A stretch of 63,423 nt of DNA, filler included. It is 4 parts of 4 records of this genome, joined end to end, with 100 filler letters (N's around TTAATTAATTAA, not from the genome) between each part and the next. Parts side by side here need not be neighbours in the genome. Positions count along the whole stretch, not along the records: positions 57,651 to 63,423 come from SRR2962707_3247; 3 more parts are not named here. One strand, 5' to 3'. Made by a program: the position numbers and the translations under genes. The notes under the pieces are model-generated. The model was not told the origin of the DNA and did not search any database. It saw only the letters and a program-made list of their open reading frames with translations. Shown in pieces: positions 59,261-63,423 of this stretch. Each line of letters starts with the position of its first letter. Position 1 is the first letter of the stretch.

Positions 59261-60214
59261 TTACGTGCGCTGAAACTTCGTGAGTTTCTCGCTGCCCGCC
59301 GGGTCCTGGTGGATAAGGACTTCCGATCCCGGAAAGGCTTCCATCACCTCCCGCTCCACCTCTTCGGAAATCCGGTGCGCCTGCGTCAGCGTGATCGCAC
59401 CATCGAGTTCGAGATGGAACTGGATAAAGCTGTGAATGCCGGACGTCCGCGTTTTCAGCTCGTGCAGGTTGACGACTTGCGGATGCCGCCGCGTGATTTC
59501 CTTGATGCGCTCGCGCTCCTCGTCCGAGAATTCGCGGTCCATCAACTGGTTGAGGGCGTTGATAACGATCTTCGATGCGCTCCAGGCGATGAGCCCTGCG
59601 ATGACGATGCCGAAAAGCGGGTCCGCCCAGTGAAGGCCGAGATAGCCGGACAGCACCAGCGCCGCGATCACCGACAGGTTCATCAGCAAGTCGCCGCGAT
59701 AGTGAATCGAGTCCGCCTCGATGGCGAGCGAGCGCGTCTCGCTCACCACACGGCGCTGATAAGCCACAAGCGCGAGCGTCAGCGCGATGGCGACCACGAC
59801 CACCGCGATGCCCGCCGCCGAGTTCTCGACCGGCTGCGGATCCATGAGCCGCGTCACCGCCTCGAAGGTGATGTAGCCGGCGGACCCGAAAATGAAAATC
59901 GACTGGCCGAGCCCCGCCAGCGCCTCCGCCTTGCCATGGCCGAAGCGGTGTTCCTCGTCCGGCGGCACCAGCGAGGCGCGCACCGCGAACAGGTTCAGGA
60001 GCGAGGCCGCGCCGTCGAGCAGCGAGTCGGTCAGCGTGCCGAGCATCGCGACGGATCCGGTGAACCAGAAGACCGCTCCCTTGATCGCAATCAGCACCAC
60101 GGCGACCGCGACAGCAGCCAGCGTCGCGCGGCGCATCAGCCGTTCGTATTCCGGGGCGATCCGTTTGGGCGCGGAACCGGGAGTAAGTTTTTTTGCCGCT
60201 GCCTCTTCGGTCAT
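59261..60214 (-). CDS. Cation diffusion facilitator transporter (FieF-like)
   Basis: GSVAML..LTDSLLD, HRFGHGKAE, ADSIHY..D, C-terminal HLELD...IHQDP. Confidence 0.93.
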   Translation of the reverse strand: MTEEAAAKKLTPGSAPKRIAPEYERLMRRATLAAVAVAVVLIAIKGAVFWFTGSVAMLGTLTDSLLDGAASLLNLFAVRASLVPPDEEHRFGHGKAEALAGLGQSIFIFGSAGYITFEAVTRLMDPQPVENSAAGIAVVVVAIALTLALVAYQRRVVSETRSLAIEADSIHYRGDLLMNLSVIAALVLSGYLGLHWADPLFGIVIAGLIAWSASKIVINALNQLMDREFSDEERERIKEITRRHPQVVNLHELKTRTSGIHSFIQFHLELDGAITLTQAHRISEEVEREVMEAFPGSEVLIHQDPAGSEKLTKFQRT

Positions 60215-60268
60215 CCGCGTTCCGGCTCGGTTTTCATTTGTGACAGTATGATGACAGTTCAGTGACAG

Positions 60269-60895
60269 TCAGGGGTAAAGCCGCTCGGTCCGCCACGGGT
60301 CGGAAGCGGATTCCCGTTTGAAAACAAGGCGGTCGTGCAATCTGAACGGCCGGTCGCGCCAGAATTCGATTTGGACAGGCGTTACGCGAAAGCCTGACCA
60401 GTGGGGCGGCCGGGGCACCTTGCCGATCCCGAATTTCGCAGCAAAAACAGCAACTTGCCTCTCCAGTGCGAAACGCGCCTCCAGCGGCTGCGACTGCTTC
60501 GATGCCCACGCGCCGAGCTGGCTGTCCTTCGCACGGCTGGCAAAATAGGCATCCGCCTCCGCTTCGCTGACGGGCGTCACGGCGCCTCTCACGCGTATCT
60601 GGCGGCGCAGGCTCTTCCAGTGGAAGCACAGCGCCGCGCGCGAATTTTCCTTTAGTTCCAGTCCCTTGGCGCTTTCAAGATTGGTGTAGAAGACGAAGCC
60701 GCGCTCATCCGCGCCCTTCAGCAGCACCATCCGCACATCGGGAAAGCCGTCGCCATCCGCCGTCGCCAGCGCCATCGCGTTCGCGTCCTCCGGCTCCCTC
60801 TGACGCGCGAGCTCCATCCACTCCTCAAAGAGTGCAATGGGGTCCTCGCTCGCAAAGAGCACCTTGTCGTCGGCGGTGTCGGTCGTCTCGCTCAT
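60269..60895 (-). CDS. pdxH: Pyridoxamine 5'-phosphate oxidase
   Basis: AMALAT, RMVLLK, FYTN..S.KG, RQIRVRG, EFW...RLHDR, RLYP. Confidence 0.97.
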   Translation of the reverse strand: MSETTDTADDKVLFASEDPIALFEEWMELARQREPEDANAMALATADGDGFPDVRMVLLKGADERGFVFYTNLESAKGLELKENSRAALCFHWKSLRRQIRVRGAVTPVSEAEADAYFASRAKDSQLGAWASKQSQPLEARFALERQVAVFAAKFGIGKVPRPPHWSGFRVTPVQIEFWRDRPFRLHDRLVFKRESASDPWRTERLYP

Positions 60896-61040
60896 TTCGT
60901 CTTCCCAGCGGCCATCATTCAAAATGCCCGGTTTTCCGCGGCTTTGAACAATATTTTCCGCTCCAATCTTGCCACATTCAGCTTTCTATATAGGTAAGTC
61001 TTTATCGCTTGGGGGCGACCAAAGCACAGGATTGAGCAGA

Positions 61041-61535
61041 ATGAAATTCGTTAAGGGAATAGCCATCGGCGCGGTCGCCCTGTCGCTCGCTGCATGCGAT
61101 CAGAGCATGTATGGCGGTGGTGGTGGCGGAGGCATCAACAAACAAACTGTAGGTACCGTCGGCGGCGCCGTGGCGGGCGGTCTCGCGGGTTCGCAGATCG
61201 GCGGCGGCAGCGGCCGTCTCTGGGCAACGGGCGCAGGCGTCCTTCTCGGCGCCTTCCTCGGCGGCGAAATCGGCAAGTCGCTGGATCGCGCCGACCGCCA
61301 GTATATGGGCCAGACCACCTACAATACGTTGGAACACGGCCCTTCCGGCCAGACGGCGCGCTGGCAGAACCCCGATAGCGGCCATTATGGCACCGTGACG
61401 CCGCAGGCGGCCTATCAGCAGGGCGGTTACAATTGCCGCCAGTACACACAGACCGTTTATATCGACGGACGCAGCGAACAGGCGCACGGTACGGCGTGCC
61501 GTCAGGCTGACGGTTCGTGGCAGATTCAGAACTGA
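61041..61535 (+). CDS. RT0821/Lpp0805 (17-kDa antigen) family glycine-zipper lipoprotein
   Basis: Lipobox LAAC, glycine zipper, WQNPDSG, CRQY...GTACRQADGSW. Confidence 0.92.
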   Translation: MKFVKGIAIGAVALSLAACDQSMYGGGGGGGINKQTVGTVGGAVAGGLAGSQIGGGSGRLWATGAGVLLGAFLGGEIGKSLDRADRQYMGQTTYNTLEHGPSGQTARWQNPDSGHYGTVTPQAAYQQGGYNCRQYTQTVYIDGRSEQAHGTACRQADGSWQIQN

Positions 61536-61566
61536 TCGAAAAACCGGGGGCGGGCCGACAATTTCA

Positions 61567-62271
61567 ATGCATTTACATCGGCCCGCCCTCGTTTCCGCCG
61601 CGCTTTTCGGCGCCCTCGTCCTCGCCTTGTTTCCCGCGATGCTGCGAGCGGAGTCAGGCGCCGGCGTCCAGGAACTGATCGAAAAAACCGGTCCCACCGA
61701 AGAGCAGCAGGCGGTTCAGTTCAACGAGGGCCTCACTTTCTACGATCAAGGCGACTATGCGCGCGCCTTCGAACTCTGGCTTCCTATCGCGCAAACCGAC
61801 GACCTCGCCGCCATGCGGAATGTCGCGCTTCTGCTGAAAGAGGGCAGAGGCGTGGAAAAGGATTCCGAGCGCGCGCTGTATTTCTTCGAGCGCGCAGGCC
61901 GCGCCGGCCTCGTCTCGGCGCAGGTCAATGCTGCCTTCATGCATCTGAACGGCGACGGCACGCCGCAGGATTACAAGACCGCCTCGTTCTGGTTTCACGC
62001 CGCCGCCGTCGCGGGCGTTCCCGCCGCGCGTTACAATCTCGCCGTGCTGTATGAGAAAGGTCTCGGTGTTGAGCGCGATCCGGCGCGCGCGCTTGCCTGG
62101 TATGCGCTCGCGGTGCGCGTCGGTCACGAAAAGGCGCTTGAGAGGTTAACGCAGCTCGTGCCGAGCCTTCCCGGCCCGCCGCCTCCAAGCGAGGAGGATG
62201 CCGGGCTTTCCCGGACCGCGCCGCCCCCGCCGCCCGCCGAATTCGACGACATGGAAGACCCCGCTCCTTAA
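61567..62271 (+). CDS. Secreted Sel1/TPR repeat protein
   Basis: Signal peptide, Sel1 repeats (EGRGVEKD, NGDGTPQD, KGLGVERD), Pro-rich tail. Confidence 0.88.
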   Translation: MHLHRPALVSAALFGALVLALFPAMLRAESGAGVQELIEKTGPTEEQQAVQFNEGLTFYDQGDYARAFELWLPIAQTDDLAAMRNVALLLKEGRGVEKDSERALYFFERAGRAGLVSAQVNAAFMHLNGDGTPQDYKTASFWFHAAAVAGVPAARYNLAVLYEKGLGVERDPARALAWYALAVRVGHEKALERLTQLVPSLPGPPPPSEEDAGLSRTAPPPPPAEFDDMEDPAP

Positions 62272-62331
62272 CCAATTCGTATGCGCGACCCCATAGACTG
62301 ATGCTTCCCAGTTCTCAGGAGCGGCGTCCCC

Positions 62332-63219
62332 GTGCGAGACCCATACGAAATTCTCGGACTCGATCCGGGCGCGGGCAATGCCGAGGTCAAGACGGCCTAC
62401 CGGAAACTCGCCAAGCAGTTGCACCCGGACGCGCAGCGCGATTCCGCAGCTCACCACGCCCGCTTTCAGGAAGTGACGGCCGCCTATAACCAGCTCAAGG
62501 ACGAAGCGGGACGCCGCCGCTTCGAGGCGGAACGTCTCGCCGCAGCCGCCGCGCAACGGCAGCGCGTCTTCCGCGAATCCGCGGCAACGGGCGAGGCGTC
62601 GCGCGAACCGCCGCCGGACGATCTCTTTTCCGAACTCTTCGAAGGCATCCGCAGCGCGGGCAAGCGCGTCTTCCGCGCGCGCGGTGAAGACCGGACATAC
62701 CGCCTCACCGTGACATTCCTCGAAGCCGCGAACGGCGCGACGAAGCGCATTCGACTGACGGGAGGCAAGGCGTTCGATGTCGCCATTCCCGCCGGGATCG
62801 AAAGCGGCAAGCAGATCCGGCTCAAGGGCCAGGGCGGCGAAGGACATGGCGGCGCGGAGCCGGGCGATGCGCTCGTTTCCGTCGATGTCGAACAGCATCC
62901 TTTTTTCGAGCGCAAGGGGAGCGACATCCATCTCACCCTGCCGGTCACGCTGCCCGAAGCGGTGCTCGGCGCTAAAGTCGAGGTGCCGACCGTTTCGGGG
63001 CCGGTTTCCCTCGCCATTCCTCCCGGTTCCAACACAGGCACCCGACTGCGTCTCAAGGGGCGGGGTCTCCGCAACAAAGCCGCGGGCACAAGCGGCGACC
63101 AGTATGTGACGCTTTCCCTGACGCTCCCCGAGGAGCCGGATGGTGCGTTGCGGGACTTTGCAACGGGTTGGGCAGAGGGCCGCAAGCACAATCCGCGGAA
63201 AGGCTTTTCCGGCACCTGA
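62332..63219 (+). CDS. DnaJ/CbpA-like co-chaperone (J domain + DnaJ C-terminal domain, no Zn finger)
   Basis: RDPYEILG...AYRKLAKQLHPD; IPAGIESG..IRLKGQG; EAVLGAKVEVPT; GDQYV. Confidence 0.92.
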   Translation: MRDPYEILGLDPGAGNAEVKTAYRKLAKQLHPDAQRDSAAHHARFQEVTAAYNQLKDEAGRRRFEAERLAAAAAQRQRVFRESAATGEASREPPPDDLFSELFEGIRSAGKRVFRARGEDRTYRLTVTFLEAANGATKRIRLTGGKAFDVAIPAGIESGKQIRLKGQGGEGHGGAEPGDALVSVDVEQHPFFERKGSDIHLTLPVTLPEAVLGAKVEVPTVSGPVSLAIPPGSNTGTRLRLKGRGLRNKAAGTSGDQYVTLSLTLPEEPDGALRDFATGWAEGRKHNPRKGFSGT

Positions 63220-63348
63220 TCCGTCGCAATTTGACAGGAAACGTGAACCCAACCCTCTGAAAATTGGGGGCTTTTTTGTTAGACGGGATAGGGCTTTTGT
63301 GTAGGATGCGGCTCGATTTTCGGCTGAGACAAATTTGACGGGGAACCG

Positions 63349-63423
63349 ATGAGCGAAGCCATCACCAGCACAAGCCCTGCTCTGAAGGGCAACCTGATGA
63401 AGGGCAAGCGCGGCCTCATCATG
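63349..63423 (+). CDS. fabI: Enoyl-ACP reductase, N-terminal fragment
   Basis: Manual translation MSEAITSTSPALKGNLMKGKRGLIM; LMKGKRGLIM is the alphaproteobacterial FabI start, and pdxH/dnaJ/fabI synteny fits. Confidence 0.75.
   Translation, partial: MSEAITSTSPALKGNLMKGKRGLIM

Overview
This window is not one locus. It holds four contigs joined by identical 100-nt artificial linkers (N44-TTAATTAATTAA-N44 at 31250-31349, 48558-48657 and 57551-57650), and base composition changes at each join. (1) 1-31249: AT-richer marine gammaproteobacterium (Marinomonas-like by gene content; inference). It is a housekeeping block: glnA (partial), thiI, typA, dtd, tatCBA, hisE, ubiB, ubiE, a diguanylate cyclase, dsbA, cytochrome c4, engB, gshA, hisFHB, asmA, mutY, yggX, fliL-like, dsbB, rsd, a WD40 lipoprotein, DUF423, trmB, a short Wzz, hns, tex, azoR and a LysR regulator. 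Several genes expected from Pseudomonas-type synteny (ubiJ, hisI, hisA, thiSG) are cleanly absent. (2) 31350-48557: Thalassospira-like alphaproteobacterium. An SPFH/prohibitin + DUF697 pair and an Sfp-type PPTase face the 3' part of a non-canonical hybrid NRPS-PKS: C-A(Ser)-T-KS-DH-KR-ACP-ACP-C-T-C, then a separate A(MT)-T-TE protein. This matches the known thalassospiramide assembly-line architecture. (3) 48658-57550: high-GC Alcanivorax-like contig with TetR, an SSADH-family aldehyde dehydrogenase, a ChnD-like Zn alcohol dehydrogenase, a PA3286-type FabH and hrpA, with REP-like repeats at both ends. (4) 57651-63423: high-GC alphaproteobacterium (Parvibaculum-like) with an APH-kinase/P-loop fusion, a CDF transporter, pdxH, a 17-kDa-antigen lipoprotein, a Sel1 protein, a DnaJ/CbpA-like protein and fabI (partial). 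No rRNA, tRNA, CRISPR array or transposase was seen. I cannot establish a clearly new system from sequence alone. The best leads are the unusual NRPS-PKS, the SPFH-DUF697 unit, the missing-gene pattern in contig 1, and the ADH/ALDH/TetR module. Taxonomic calls come from recognising genes, not from database searches.
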